64,000 nucleotides of DNA from Macrostomum hystrix (Eukaryota > Animalia > Platyhelminthes), in contig CATNEN010000038.1 of the NCBI GenBank assembly GCA_950097015.1, forward strand, positions 10,602,001 through 10,666,000, given 5' to 3'. Below, piece after piece: positions 49,401 to 62,434 of this stretch (positions are counted from its first letter, which is position 1; every line of letters begins with the position of its first letter). The notes below the pieces were generated by a model. That model saw only the letters and a program-made list of their open reading frames with translations. It was not told the origin of the DNA and did not search any database. Position numbers and translations under genes: made by a program.

Positions 49401-52400
49401 GACTTTCTCATCGTCAGGCAGTGTGCATTTCACTGTGCCTTAGCTGTTGGTCCCTAAGGGCGTAAATTTCACGACAAGCCCCCAAAGCTTTTTCTCAGCG
49501 GCTGCGCCCCAAATTAACGTGTGGCCTCGCTACGGAATCGAGCTCATGGACCTTGGTGCAAAAGAAAAACGCGCTAGACCGCTCTTGCCACTCACCCCCT
49601 ATAGTAGTCTTGATCAGAGTAAGAGTTACGACATACTGCACCGCTTCGAGACGCGTGTCTCAAACAAAGCAAACTGGCGTTAGCGCGCATGTTTAACTAT
49701 AGTACGAGTATATAGCAGTTACCTAGTTTTACCACCACTATGTACCTACGCTCATACATTCCTATTATTTCGCTAAATTCACAGCGTCACTCATCGAATC
49801 AGATTTTCAAGCGGTGCAAGTCTACATCTTCTCTGAAAGTCTTTCTCATGAATTGCTACTAAAGTACCCACTTACCTGCACTTGAACAGGGCTCTCAAAG
49901 GTCATGCTGTTTTCTTTCAAATAGCCGGAATATTGGGTCCGAGTGAACTGTGGTGTCTGGTCGTTAACGTCCGTCAGAGTGATCTCTAGGAGAGTCGATG
50001 CGATAAAGCCTCCACCGTCGACGGCTAGAGCGGTCATGTATATCGTCGAGATGGTCTCTCGGTTAAGCAGAGTCAAGTTCTTGTCAGCGTCAACGTTTAC
50101 AAAGATTTCTCCAGTCGTTTCATTAATCCGAAATCTAAAATGCGTTTAAATTTTACTCAGTGACTCACATTTAGTGATGCAAAATTCGCTTAATGCTCAC
50201 TTGTTGGCATCCGTTCCATCCAGTTGGTAAATGACGAAGCCAAACAATCCACTGTCAGCGTCCGTGGCCTGCGGAACGATTTCACTTCTCGATAAACAAC
50301 TAATAAATAAGAATATAAATATGTGACGCTGCAACCATTGCTAAAACCCCGTGCCATACTTACTTAAGCTCCAAAGATTGTCTCGCGTAAAGTTTTAAAC
50401 TCTTGGGACAACTTACCCAAACCCTGCCTACGGGAGTGCCTTTCGGTGAGTTCTCAGGAATGTCAAAGCCGTAGCCGCTGCTGTTGAACATTGGTCGATT
50501 GTCGTTGGCGTCGATGATCTGCAGCTGGATGGTGGCCGTCGACGAGAACTTCTGTGTTGTTTTTGTCTCACGAGCGACAATCTGTAAACCGTTTTTTTCA
50601 AGTGGATTTTTAGACTATAAAAGCTGAGTTTTTTCTTTACTTTTCCTGTCATAATTGCTAGACTTAAGTCAAACCCTCGCTTTCTGAACTTTTGCTTCCA
50701 TTTGAGCACCCTCACCTCAAACGTGTCATTCTTCACTGTCTCGTAGTCTAGAAACGACGTCCTCTGGACTCGGACAATGAGTGTGGCTTCTCGGCTGATT
50801 GTGACTGGCGAAACGTCGAAGTTTGTGTACGGTTTGCCGTCCTTCATCACGCTGATGTTGAACTCTCCGTTGATGCCCGAGTCATAGTCAGCAACACTCA
50901 TCATGCTGCTCAGAGTGACGGGAACGCCTGTCATGGTATTCTCGATGACACTAGCATTGTACACACGATAGTTGAAGCTTGGCACGAAATCGTTGACGTC
51001 CTCAACAATGATGCGAACGCTGGTGGTGGCCTGGGAGATGTTGGCGGGCTGCGGTACAGTGGAGATCTCGCTAGCGATCACAGGCAAATCGAAGGTACCA
51101 AACACCGCCTGTATTTCGCTGCTCTCCCGATCCAAATTTACTGAACTGAGCCTCAGCTCGCCTGTGGCATTGTTCAGATTAAAGTACTTGCTGAAGGTAT
51201 TGGCAGGGTCCAGGCTGTAAGAGATGGCGTTGGGTACGCCCCGGTCGCCGTCCTCGGCGAAAACCCTCAGGACGAGCGTGCCGTTGGGCGAGTTCTCCGG
51301 CACGGACTTGAGGTACGGGATGCCCTGGAAGAAGGGCGGGGTGTCCTGCTTGTCCAGCACATTGATGATGACGTCTGTGAGGGTGGAGACTCCGCCACTT
51401 GAGAGGTCTGTAGCGTTGACAGAAATCTGATAGAATCTGTTGGTCTCGTAGTCTAGAGCCCTGATCAGGTTAACCACCCGGTAGCTGATCTTGCCATTGC
51501 AGTAGTCCACACGCGGAGCGCAGTACCTTGTGGTGTTGACGTTCGAAAAGTTGAAGACACCCGCAATCAAGGCGCCAGAAACTTCCTGTTAAACAATTTT
51601 CATTGTCGAGTTGATGTGACTTTGTTACTGGCGTTTCCATTGTTGCACTAGTGTAGTGAAAATGAATAAACCAATCAAAGTCAGGAGAAAAGAATTGCTG
51701 GTGAGATGAGCAATAGCTTTTACAACGAACTACAGAACTCCATGTATATAGCGTTGTTGTTAGAAACAACACAAACGTTCAGAACCTCGATGCACTCATC
51801 CCATCTCTCTCATCTCCACGTCTCTCTCCTCTCCACGTCTCTCTCCTCTCCACATCTCTCTCCTCTCCACGTCTCTCTCCTCTCCACGTCTCTCTCCTCT
51901 CCACATCTCTCTCCTCTCCACGTCTCTCTCCTCTCCACGTCTCTCTCCTCTCCACGTCTCTCTCCTCTCCACGTCTCTCTCCTCTCCACGTCTCTCTCCT
52001 CTCCACGTCTCTCTCCTCTCCACGTCTCTCTCCTCTCCACGTCTCTCTCCTCTCCACATCTCTCTCCTCTCCACGTCTCTCTCCTCTCCACGTCTCTCTC
52101 CTCTCCACGTCTCTCTCCTCTCCACGTCTCTCTCCTCTCCACGTCTCTCTCCTCTCCACATCTCTCTCCTCTCCACATCTCTCTCCTCTCCACGTCTCTC
52201 TCCTCTCCACATCTCTCTCCTCTCCACGTCTCTCTCTTCTCCACGTCTCTCTCCTCTCCACGTCTCTCTCCTCTCCACGTCTCTCTCCTCTCCACATCTC
52301 TCTCTTCTCCACGTCTCTCTCCTCTCCACATCTCTCTCCTCTCCACATCTCTCTCCTCTCCACGTCTCTCTCCTCTCCACGTCTCTCTCCTCTCCACGTC

Positions 52401-54618
52401 TCTCTCCTCTCCACGTCTCTCTCCTCTCCATGTCTCTCTCCTCTCCACATCTCTCCACATCTCCAAACTGAAAAACTAAAGGAGGAAAATGATCTTTTAA
52501 AAATTGGAAAATTTTAACTTACTCCATTCATCTGAAATTTTTTTCCATGGAACTAATTAAGTATCAAACCATATCAAATTAAAAAACTCGAGAAGTTTTT
52601 AAGAGTCCAAGTTTTCACTTTCATACCTTGAATTCGACTGACATGCCAACGGCTGTGACATCTCTGTCCACCGCGATGATCGGAAAAGTTAAACTGCTCG
52701 ATGGCTCAGTGTTCTGCAGTTCGGGTGTGAGCAAATCAGAGATTTTATGCCTGATCTAGCCATGAGATTTAGCCACAAATAAATTACCTCGGGAATCTCC
52801 CAGCGGTAGGGAAGATTTTGAAATTCCGGCTGGTTGTCATTAATATCGGATAAAATGACCACATCGAAGTTGGCGGTCACCTGTGAAGGTGAAAGTGGCC
52901 CAGTCAGTCAGTCAGTCAGTCAGTCAGTCAGTCAGTCAGTCAGTCAGTCAGTCAGTCAGTCAGTCAGTCAGTCAGTCAGTCAGTCAGTCAATCAGTCAGT
53001 CAGTCAGTCAGTCAGTCAGTCAGTCAGTCAGACAGTCAGTCACACATAATTTCAGCAATATCAATATGAAATCATACCACGTTGAGATTGCCATCGTCTA
53101 GCTGTATGCTAAACTGCATGGTGACGGATGATAGGACCTAAAATTCAATGCGCATTGTCGACGATATTTTAATTTTCAATTCTAATACATTAAAGCAGAG
53201 GTTTGCCAAGCTTACATCGGCATCCAGTCGGCTACTGGACTTCAGTACCGCGGTTCGATTCCCTTTGAACGACTGTAGACTAAAGAAAAACGTTGCCTGA
53301 GCCTTACCGATGAGGGTCATCAGCACCGCGTCGTTTTCCGGGTCGACAGCCGTGAATGACATCAGCGGAACTCCTGTGAAGGCGGTATCGCTTTAGTACC
53401 AGTTACCCCATTAGTACCAGGTATCCCATTAGTACCAGATACCCCACTAGTACCAGGTATCCCATTAGTACCAGATACCCCACTAGTACCAGGTATCCCA
53501 TTAGTACCAGGTATCGCTTGTACTACAAGCCATGTACATTCATGTATACCCTCTGATTTCCCATGTACTCGATAAACAGTGCAAAAGAAATCTATCTTAC
53601 CAATGGGAATTTCCTCTTTAATCTGAATCATAAAGGGAGAAATCGTTTGTTGACAGTCCTGTAGAGCTAGTCCGGCGGCTGGCAAGGTGACGTAGTCGGC
53701 ATTCAGATTAGCACACCACGTCATCCTTGGTGGGGCATTGCCCTGGCCTGCAGACCGGGAAGATGATTTAGGTTTTTAAAACAACAACAACAATAATAAT
53801 AATGATTACACCTGCGTCAATCGGGCCAGATGTGCAGCCGACAGCACAGCCGCAGCTAATGCGCGGCGCATCTGAAGGCTGCGCACAGCTGTTCAGTCCA
53901 TGGACTGGGAGGACGCCACACCCACCTTCGATTATCCCAGCTGATGCTGGTACCCATTTAACAGCTGGGTGAACTGAAGCAATACAGAGTTAAGTGTCTT
54001 TCAAAAGGACACAAATTGTTCTAGTGGAGTCGCGAATCGAACCACCGAACTTCAAGTCGTGAGTCGGACGCCCTAACCACTAGTCTGCAACCCCTAGTTG
54101 TAGGTTGTATGATTGACTTGACAAGCCAATTCAATTGTATAATTAAATGATGTTCTTAAGGATCTGTGAGGTTGCTTAAGGTGCAAAAGCAGAGGTAAGC
54201 AATGAATTAAAGATTGTTATATTAAGCGAAAACAGGTGAGTGATATATTGTTTGCAAAAGATCTTCACCGAAACCGTCAGTGTTAGGTCATCGCAAGAAA
54301 AAGTTATATTCTGTGAATTTTTTAGACGCAATTTTAGCTCCGCACCGTTACAGAAAGCTTAAAATAAGTGAAAGTGAAAATATAAAAATGACATTTCCTT
54401 GTCGAAATTCAATTTTCCCGACCTGAGGAGTCTGAAAGAAGAAATTAAAAGTTATAAAACAAAACTTTTAAAATGTTCGAACTATCATTGATTTGGAAAA
54501 AAATTACAACTGGTCAAGTTTGAGAATCTGTATGCTCACATGCTGGCAGAATGATGAGCGCACTTAGTGCCACAGTCAGCGCGCAGCCATCCTGACTGTG
54601 CTGCCACCGTCTGGACAT
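43430..54618 (-). CDS. Large single-pass cadherin, Cad87A/CDH23-like, about 18 exons
   Basis: Signal-peptide exon 54618-54540 (MSRRWQ...VALSALIILPAC) spliced to QGNAPPR at 53747; roughly a dozen cadherin repeats (DxNDxxP, LDRE/LDYE, AxDxD) in exons 53747-45718; TM IALIAVACGLTVLLFFSCISLW at ~44880-44950; cytoplasmic PGTNMHTFEG|SNPIW split over exons ~44424-44361 and ~44202-44141; last exon ends TTHI* (PDZ-binding-like). Confidence 0.9.
44535..44712. repeat. 20-bp tandem repeat GTGAGTGTCAGGACGAACTG
   Basis: About 9 copies in a cadherin intron. Confidence 0.9.
45190..45395 (-). mobile_element. SINE family B, deleted copy
   Basis: Shares CAGATGTGCAGCCGACAGCAC...GCGCGGCGCATC...GGGGGACGCCACACCCACCCTCAATTACCCCAG with 53781-54094. 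Confidence 0.75.
49243..49599 (-). mobile_element. SINE family A, near full length (cadherin intron)
   Basis: Reverse complement of family A from head to ATT tail. Confidence 0.85.
51800..52465. repeat. Minisatellite, 17-bp unit CCACGTCTCTCTCCTCT
   Basis: Tandem periodicity in a cadherin intron. Confidence 0.95.
52901..53041. repeat. (CAGT)n microsatellite, ~35 units
   Basis: Near-perfect tetranucleotide array in a short cadherin intron. Confidence 0.98.
53390..53515. repeat. 18-bp tandem repeat CCATTAGTACCAGGTATC
   Basis: About 7 alternating variants next to the acceptor at 53374. Confidence 0.85.
53781..54094 (-). mobile_element. tRNA-derived SINE family B, full length, with a CORE-like central segment
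   Basis: Minus strand: head GGGGTTGCAGACTAGTGGTTAGGGCG...GGTTCGATTC; central GTGTCCTTTTGAAAGACACTTAAC...CAGTTCACCCAGCTGTTAAATGGGTACC; (ATT)n(GTT)n tail. Confidence 0.82.
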
Positions 54619-55315
54619 GCCGATAATTCAACCGACTGCAAATGCTCTGAGAGGAAGCTATGGCTGACTCCACCCAAAAATTTGCACGCCACCCAGACAG
54701 TGCCGACCCGCCCAAAATTCTAGTATTTGAGAAGGAGAGAGAACACCAACTCACCTACTCAGTGTGTGACCATAGGGGGCCAGGCAGGCCAATAGACCAA
54801 TAAACTCAAGCCTCAATTTCTGTCTCTCCTGGCTCATCTGCTCTCAGATTTACTTTGCACTACATTGCGAGTCAGCGATGTGCACGCAGACACCATATAC
54901 TTTTGCTAAACTCAAACTATGGAAATACTATAAACCCCACAATGCGCCTGCTGCAGCCCATTAATATCATCTTACTCAAAAGAATTTGTCTCTTTCTGTC
55001 CTATGCTCGCGTTTTTTATTTGACAAGAAAGACTCCGAGGGGCATTGTGTAGATGATATTTTTTAGAATATATGGCTGTGCGAAACAATTTCTTTTTTTT
55101 TGCGCCAACAAAATAGCTGGCAAACAAATAGTTGTTGAATCTGTTTCTTTCCAAATGGTTTTGCCACACCTGTACAGTGCGGGATGATATTGACAAACGT
55201 TCGACCTGGCATCCAGAGTATGGCACCTTGATAAGAAAAAGTTTTGCATAATTTTCTGGCAGAACTTCATCTATGGCACAATTGCCGTTTTTAAAAACTT
55301 TTTAAATCCATCCAA

Positions 55316-55502
55316 GGGTTGTAGCCTAGTGGTTAGAGCGTCGGAGTCATGACTTGAAGGTCGGGGGTTCGATTCCCGAATACGTTAAATTGGTGCAAAC
55401 ATCACGTGGGGTAATTGAGGGTGGGTGTGGCGTCCCCCCAGTCCATGGACTGAACAGCCGTACGCAGCCTTCAGATGCGCCGCGCATTAGCTGCGGCTGT
55501 GT
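55316..55502 (+). mobile_element. SINE family B copy lacking the central segment
   Basis: GGGTTGTAGCCTAGTGGTTAGAGCG...GGTTCGATTCCC head joined to the family B 3' body. Confidence 0.8.
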
Positions 55503-56089
55503 ATTTAAAATACTTCACAATGGCTCCCAAACCGAATGACCGATTTTCGTCTAAGTCCACCAAATGAATCAAAGTTTTCCGCCATTTACGATGAGTTAAA
55601 CTGTCAAAGCCGTCCGAGACAGCATCGTCATGTGCTCAGCATGGCTCACGAGTACTTCCATGACTCATTTCAAACACTGACCAATGTCCCAACTGATCAT
55701 ATTTAACTGAGGACAATCCAACGCCTATCAAAATTAGAAATGGACTCACATTTCCCCTAGTGCTCAAATGAGCTGCCTCAGGTCCTCTATCCTGATCCTC
55801 AAACGGTATACCTTTGCGTGGCGATCTCAAGTCCCATGAGGAAGAATGCAGACAGTCCTCGCACGATTCCTGATCTCAGCACACACTTGAGAAGAATGTT
55901 GAAAATGAATAAATTATTGACATTTTATTGGGGAAAGACACTTACACAATATGTATCCCTGTGTGTGCCAGTTGGAGCTCAGAATACCAAAGCCTACTTA
56001 GTATAGAGCTAAATTCAATGCGGATTAGTCCAGTATAACTGATTTTTTACTGTCGCTGCCCTATCTTCCATCCCAGCACTTTATTCTCT

Positions 56090-57200
56090 CTCCTCTTTCC
56101 TTCCTCTCTCTCTCATCTCTCCCTCATCTCTCACTCATATTTTACTCATCTCTCCCTCATCTCTCCTTATCTCTCCCTCATCTTTTACTCATCTCTCCCA
56201 AATATTTTCCTAATCTCTCCCTCATCTCTCCTCATCTCTCCCTGATCTCTCTCATCACTCCCTCATCTTTCAGTCATCTCTCTCATCTCTCCCTCATATT
56301 TTCCTTATCTCTCCCTCATCTCTCCTCATCTCTCCCTCATCTCTCCTCATCTCTCCCTCATCTTTTACTCATCTCTCCCAAATATTTTCCTCATCTCTCC
56401 TCATCTCTCCCTGATCTCTCTCATCACTCTCTCATCTTTTCCTCATCTCTCCTCATCTCTCCCTCATCTTTTACTCATTTCTCCCAAATATTTTCCTCAT
56501 CTCTCCTCATCTCTCCCAAATATTTTCCTCATCTCTCCCTCATCTCTCCTCATCTCTCCCTGATCTCTCTCATCACTCCCTCATCTTTCAGTCATCTCTC
56601 TCATCTCTCCCTCATATTTTCCTTATCTCTCCCTCATCTCTCCCTCATCTCTCCCTCATCTCTCCTAATCTCTCCCTCATCTTTTCCTCATCTCTCCCTC
56701 ATTATTCAGTCATCTCTCCCTCATCTTTCAGTCATCTCTCCCTCATCTCTCCTCATCTCTCCTCATCGTTTACTCATCTCTCATCATCTCTTCCTCGTCT
56801 CTCCTAATCTCTCCCTCATCTTTTCCTCATCTCTCCTCATCTCTCCCTCATATTTTCCTCATCTCTCCCTCATCTCTCCTCATCTCTCCCTCATCATTCA
56901 GTGCTCTCTCCCTCATCTCTTCCTCGTCTCTCCTAATCTCTCCCTCATCTTTTCCTCATCTCTCCCTCATCTCTCCTCATCTCTCCTCATCTCTCCCTCA
57001 TCATTCAGTGCTCTCTCCCTCATCTTTTCCTCATCTCTCCCTCATCTCTCCCTCATCTCTCCTCATCTCTCCCTCATCTTTTCCTCATCTCTCCCTCATC
57101 TCTCCTCATCTCTCCCTCATCATTCAGTGCTCTCTCCCTCATCATTCAGTCATCTCTCAGTCATATCTTTAACTCATATCTCCCTCATCTCTCCCTAAAA
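56090..57200. repeat. Low-complexity pyrimidine array (CTCATCTCTCC variants)
   Basis: Degenerate 11-13-bp tandem units. Confidence 0.92.
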
Positions 57201-58129
57201 TCCTCTCTTACCCCTCCCTGATATCTCCCTACTGTGTCCCCTCTCTACACCCAGCTGTAAAATAGGTTGCATTAGCTGGGGGTAGAAGTTCAGGTGGTTT
57301 TAGTCGCTTCTCCAGTCCACGGACTGAACTGAGCTGTACGCGAGCATTTTTCTCTGACATGACATTCGAGTCTGCAGTGAGCAGAAAAAAGCTATCCAAG
57401 TAGTGCAATGAGGAAAAATTGGCGCATTGCACTCCTACAACTTAGCAGATGAAAAAAAACGTCACCAAGGCAACCGGTATAATGTAAAAAAGTGCAAAAT
57501 ATTCAACAAAGAGCACAATGTATATTCATTAATCCCACGGCTAATTAGGCCCAGGTGAGTGTACTGGTTTCGAGCTACAAATGCTCACAAGAATGTAACA
57601 CGTACTGTTGAGTCCGATGCATGACATTTGAAGGCCGATTTATTAACGAAAGCTGCGTTCAGTAAATCATGATTAACTGTCACTTTAGAAATTGATTTGA
57701 AAACATTTATTTAGTTAATAGTCATGCACTGCAGAGATTATAAACATCAATTCCGCATATTTTTTATGCCCAGATTCAGATCATCAAACTACAATCTTCT
57801 GCGGTAAGCCAAAACAACACAACACTAAAACAACAAAAATTTACGCTTTTTCGTTTGCTTCTCAAATTCATGCTGCTACACAAGCTTAGTTAGCTACATA
57901 AGCGCAAATTTCCAGCTTAGCAACTCTGCGAATTCTTCATAATATTATTTTGCATAGAAACAACCGTCTCCTCTCGCAGAATTGCTTCTCAAAAAGAAAA
58001 TTACTATTACTTGTCCCTGAGAAACTAGTTCTATTACTAGTTCTATTTGTTTTCATTATATGGTACCAATTAAAGTTAATACAGTAGCTCTTAAACCACC
58101 GTAATCTGTCCTCATGAATCACGAACACT

Positions 58130-60635
58130 CTGAACTCAATCCCTGTTCTTCTCACTCTCAATCCCTGTTCTTCTCACTCTCAATTCCTGTTCTACCCACT
58201 CTCAATCCCTGTTCTTCTCACTCTCAATCCTGTTCTACTCACTCTCAATCCCTGTTCTTCTCACTCTCAATCCCTGTTCTTCTCACTCTCAATCCCTGTT
58301 CTACTCACTCTCAATCCCTGTTCTACTCACTCTCAATCCCTGTTCTTCTCACTCTCAATCCCTGTTCTACTCACTCTCAATCCCTGTTCTTCTCACTCTC
58401 AATCCTGTTCTACTCACTCTCAATCCCTGTTCTACTCACTCTCAATCCCTGTTCTTCTCACTCTCAATCCTGTTCTACTCACTCTCAATCCTGTTCTACT
58501 CACTCTCAATCCCTGTTCTACTCACTCTCAATCCCTGTTCTACTCACTCTCAATCCCTGTTCTTCTCACTCTCAATCCTGTTCTACTCACTCTCAATCCC
58601 TGTTCTTCTCACTCTCAATCCTGTTCTACTCACTCTCAATCCCTGTTCTTCTCACTCTCAATCCCTGTTCTTCTCACTCTCAATCCCTGTTCTACTCACT
58701 CTCAATCCCTGTTCTACTCACTCTCAATCCCTGTTCTTCTCACTCTCAATCCTTTTCTACTCACTCTCAATCCCTGTTCTTCTCACTCTCAATCCCTGTT
58801 CTTCTCACTCTCAATCCCTGTTCTACTCACTCTCAATCCCTGTTCTTCTCACTCTCAATCCCTGTTCTTCTCACTCTCAATCCCTGTTCTTCTCACTCTC
58901 AATCCCTGTTCTTCTCACTCTCAATTCCTGTTCTACCCACTCTCAATCCCTGTTCTTCTCACTCTCAATCCTGTTCTACTCACTCTCAATCCCTGTTCTT
59001 CTCACTCTCAATCCTGTTCTTCTCACTCTCAATCCCTGTTCTACTCACTCTCAATCCCTGTTCTACTCACTCTCAATCCCTGTTCTTCTCACTCTCAATC
59101 CTGTTCTACTCACTCTCAATCCCTGTTCTTCTCACTCTCAATCCTGTTCTACTCACTCTCAATCCCTGTTCTTCTCACTCTCAATCCCTGTTCTTCTCAC
59201 TCTCAATCCCTGTTCTACTCACTCTCAATCCCTGTTCTACTCACTCTCAATCCCTGTTCTTCTCACTCTCAATCCTTTTCTACTCACTCTCAATCCCTGT
59301 TCTTCTCACTCTCAATCCCTGTTCTTCTCACTCTCAATCCCTGTTCTACTCACTCTCAATCCCTGTTCTTCTCACTCTCAATCCCTGTTCTTCTCACTCT
59401 CAATCCCTGTTCTACTCACTCTCAATCCCTGTTCTACTCACTCTCAATCCCTGTTCTTCTCACTCTCAATCCTGTTCTACTCACTCTCAATCCCTGTTCT
59501 TCTCACTCTCAATCCTGTTCTACTCACTCTCAATCCCTGTTCTTCTCACTCTCAATCCCTGTTCTTCTCACTCTCAATCCCTGTTCTACTCACTCTCAAT
59601 CCCTGTTCTACTCACTCTCAATCCCTGTTCTTCTCACTCTCAATCCTGTTCTACTCACTCTCAATCCCTGTTCTTCTCACTCTCAATCCCTGTTCTTCTC
59701 ACTCTCAATCCCTGTTCTACTCACTCTCAATCCCTGTTCTTCTCACTCTCAATCCTGTTCTACTCACTCTCAATCCCTGTTCTTCTCACTCTCAATCCCT
59801 GTTCTTCTCACTCTCAATCCCTGTTCTACTCACTCTCAATCCCTGTTCTTCTCACTCTCAATCCCTGTTCTTCTCACTCTCAATCCCTGTTCTACTCACT
59901 CTCAATCCCTGTTCTACTCACTCTCAATCCCTGTTCTTCTCACTCTCAATCCTGTTCTACTCACTCTCAATCCCTGTTCTTCTCACTCTCAATCCCTGTT
60001 CTACTCACTCTCAATCCCTGTTCTTCTCACTCTCAATCCCTGTTCTTCTCACTCTCAATCCCTGTTCTACTCACTCTCAATCCCTGTTCTACTCACTCTC
60101 AATCCCTGTTCTTCTCACTCTCAATCCCTGTTCTTCTCACTCTCAATCCCTGTTCTTCTCAGCCTCAATTCCTGTTCTACCCACTCTCAATCCCTGTTCT
60201 TCTCACTCTCAATCCTGTTCTACTCACTCTCAATCCCTGTTCTACTCACCCTCAATCCCTGTTCTTCTCACTCTCAATCCCTGTTCTACTCACCCTCAAT
60301 CCCTGTTCTTCTCACTCTCAATCCCTGTTCTTGTCACTCTCAATCCCTGTTCTACTCACTCTCAATCCCTGTTCTTCTCACCCTCAATCCCTGTTCTTCT
60401 CACTCTCAATCCCTGTTCTTCTCACTCTCAATCCCTGTTCTTCTCACTCTCAATCCCTGTTCTTCTCACTCTCAATCCCTGTTCTTCTCACTCTCAATCC
60501 CTGTTCTTCTCACTCTCAATCCTGTTCTACTCACTCTCAATCCCTGTTCTTCTCACTCTCAATCCCTGTTCTTCTCACTCTCAATCCCTGTTCTTCTCAC
60601 TCTCAATCCCTGTTCTACTCACTCTCAATCCTGTT
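58130..60635. repeat. Minisatellite, 22/21-bp unit CTCACTCTCAATCCCTGTTCT(T/A), ~2.5 kb
   Basis: Highly homogeneous tandem array. Confidence 0.97.
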
Positions 60636-61328
60636 CACCCTTTTCAACCTAAATTGCGCAACCAAATGTGGCACCAAATGTTGGCCAGGTATTAATAACA
60701 AAGTCCACGCAAAGCGGGCTAGCATTAAAAAATGATTTACATTTTCTTCAATTGGTTCCGCCAGACTGGCAAAGAGACAAAAACTGGCGAAGCCTGAGAA
60801 ACAAGGGACAAAAATACTTAGTAGAAATGTTCCACTATTTAAATCTTAATATAAATTACATTACCTGTATGCCCAGCAACCAAATGTATGAGTAAAAGTA
60901 GAGTTAAAACTCATGCATTTTTTACTAGAATAAAATTCGCTTTAGAAACAGACCAGGCAAAGGACAACAGCAGGAACATTGCTAAAAAATCTTAACTTCT
61001 TTTTAACTGCAGCTCATTGTCAATTATTTATTCGGAATCAGACACAGACACAGAATGTCCTGATTAATTAAGACTCTCTAAAACAACACGAGTCTGTGGT
61101 ATTGATAATAATGCTTATTGCACTACTTATTGACACTTTTTAGAATGGCAACAGTAGCATAGTAGACATTTTTTGTTTTGTACAGAAAAATATAATTACA
61201 CAATTTAAAACCGGAAACCTTTTAGGCGCTTCGGGTTTCGTTTTGTCATGAAAAGAGATTAACAAAAAACGAGTCATCAGCTTTTCAGTAGATACTACTG
61301 GGCTTGTCAGTAGATACTACTGGGCTTG

Positions 61329-62362
61329 TCAGTAGCCAAGAGCGGATAGTTCATCGCTGACCCGTTTGAGATAGCCCGGATCCGGATAGCCGTGACTGCA
61401 GGTGAGAAACACGGGGAACAAAATGGGAAATTGCTAGTTGAACAAAAATAACCTTAGCGGAAAAATCTGACCCAGTTTGAAGAATAAGAACTAAATCTAA
61501 AAACCCAAACCGGATCGATCTGACCCAATTTCCTAGATCTGCCCAATTTCCTAGATCTGACCTAATTTCCACGATCCGACACAATTTACTCGATCTGACC
61601 CAACTCTATCAATCTGAAAAATAAAAAAATAACCCCGTTTCAACAATCTGGCCCATTTAAGACAATCTGACCCATTTCTAACAGTCTGACCCATTTCCGA
61701 CAATCTGACCCATTTCAGACAATCTGACCTATTTCTAACAGTCTGACACATTTCAGACAATCTGACCCATTTCTGACAATCTCACCCATTTCAGACAATC
61801 TGACCCATTTCAGACAATCTGACCCATTTTAGACAATCAGACCCATTTCCGACAATCTGACCCATTTCAGAGAATCTGACCTATTTCTAACAGTCTGACA
61901 CATTTCAGACAATCTGACCCATTTCAGACAATCTGACACATTTCAGACAATCTGACCCATTTCTGACAATCTGACCCATTTCTGACAATCTGACCCATTT
62001 CCGACAATCTGACCCATTTCCGACAATCTGACCCATTTCTGAAAATCTGACCCATTTCAGACAATCTGACCCATTTCAGACAATCTGACCCAACAGGACT
62101 TACTTGGCAGGTCCGCCATCAGGCCGTGTTTTGTGGTGAATGGTGTTCCAGGTGATGGCAGTCTGCTGTCCGGTGGTGGCAGACTGGCCCAACTGAAATA
62201 CAACCCGACCATTGAAGGCCGCCCTGAGTCGGGTAACAATGGAACGGCCATCTTCATTGTTGGGAAAATATGCGTCCCTGGCGATGCCCTTGTACTTAAC
62301 GCCCTCGTGTGTTCCGGGCGGAAAATTGTATTTGATCACAATTGTGCCGAACTGGTTGAAGC
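61329..62362 (-). CDS. Deltex-family E3 ubiquitin ligase, last two exons (62362-62104, 61395-61329) encoding the DTC domain; 5' part lies beyond the window
   Basis: GTIVIKYNFPPG...RDAYFPNNEDG...LRAAFNGRVVFQLGQSATTG...ITWNTIHHKT...GPAN|HGYPDPGYLKRVSDELSALGY* is the Deltex C-terminal signature; phase-2 GT-AG intron. Confidence 0.9.
61520..62092. repeat. Minisatellite, 19-bp unit GACAATCTGACCCATTTCA (Deltex last intron)
   Basis: Tandem periodicity; homogeneous from ~61680. Confidence 0.93.
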
Positions 62363-62434
62363 CTTGAATGAAAGAAATACGACTCGTGTGTCAGGACTCG
62401 TAAACTGATAATTCATTTATGGAATCTAACCATT

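Noticed and set aside
54756-54837. Alternative first coding exon of the cadherin (MSQERQKLRLEF...)
   Set aside because: Its donor phase (2) is incompatible with the exon at 53747 (phase 1); exon 54618-54540 fits and encodes a better signal peptide.
55316-55390. tRNA gene
   Set aside because: No acceptor-stem 3' strand or terminator; continues into SINE B body, so it is a SINE head.
58114-60735. 873-aa ORF
   Set aside because: Translation of a stop-free 22/21-bp minisatellite; no splice or domain evidence.
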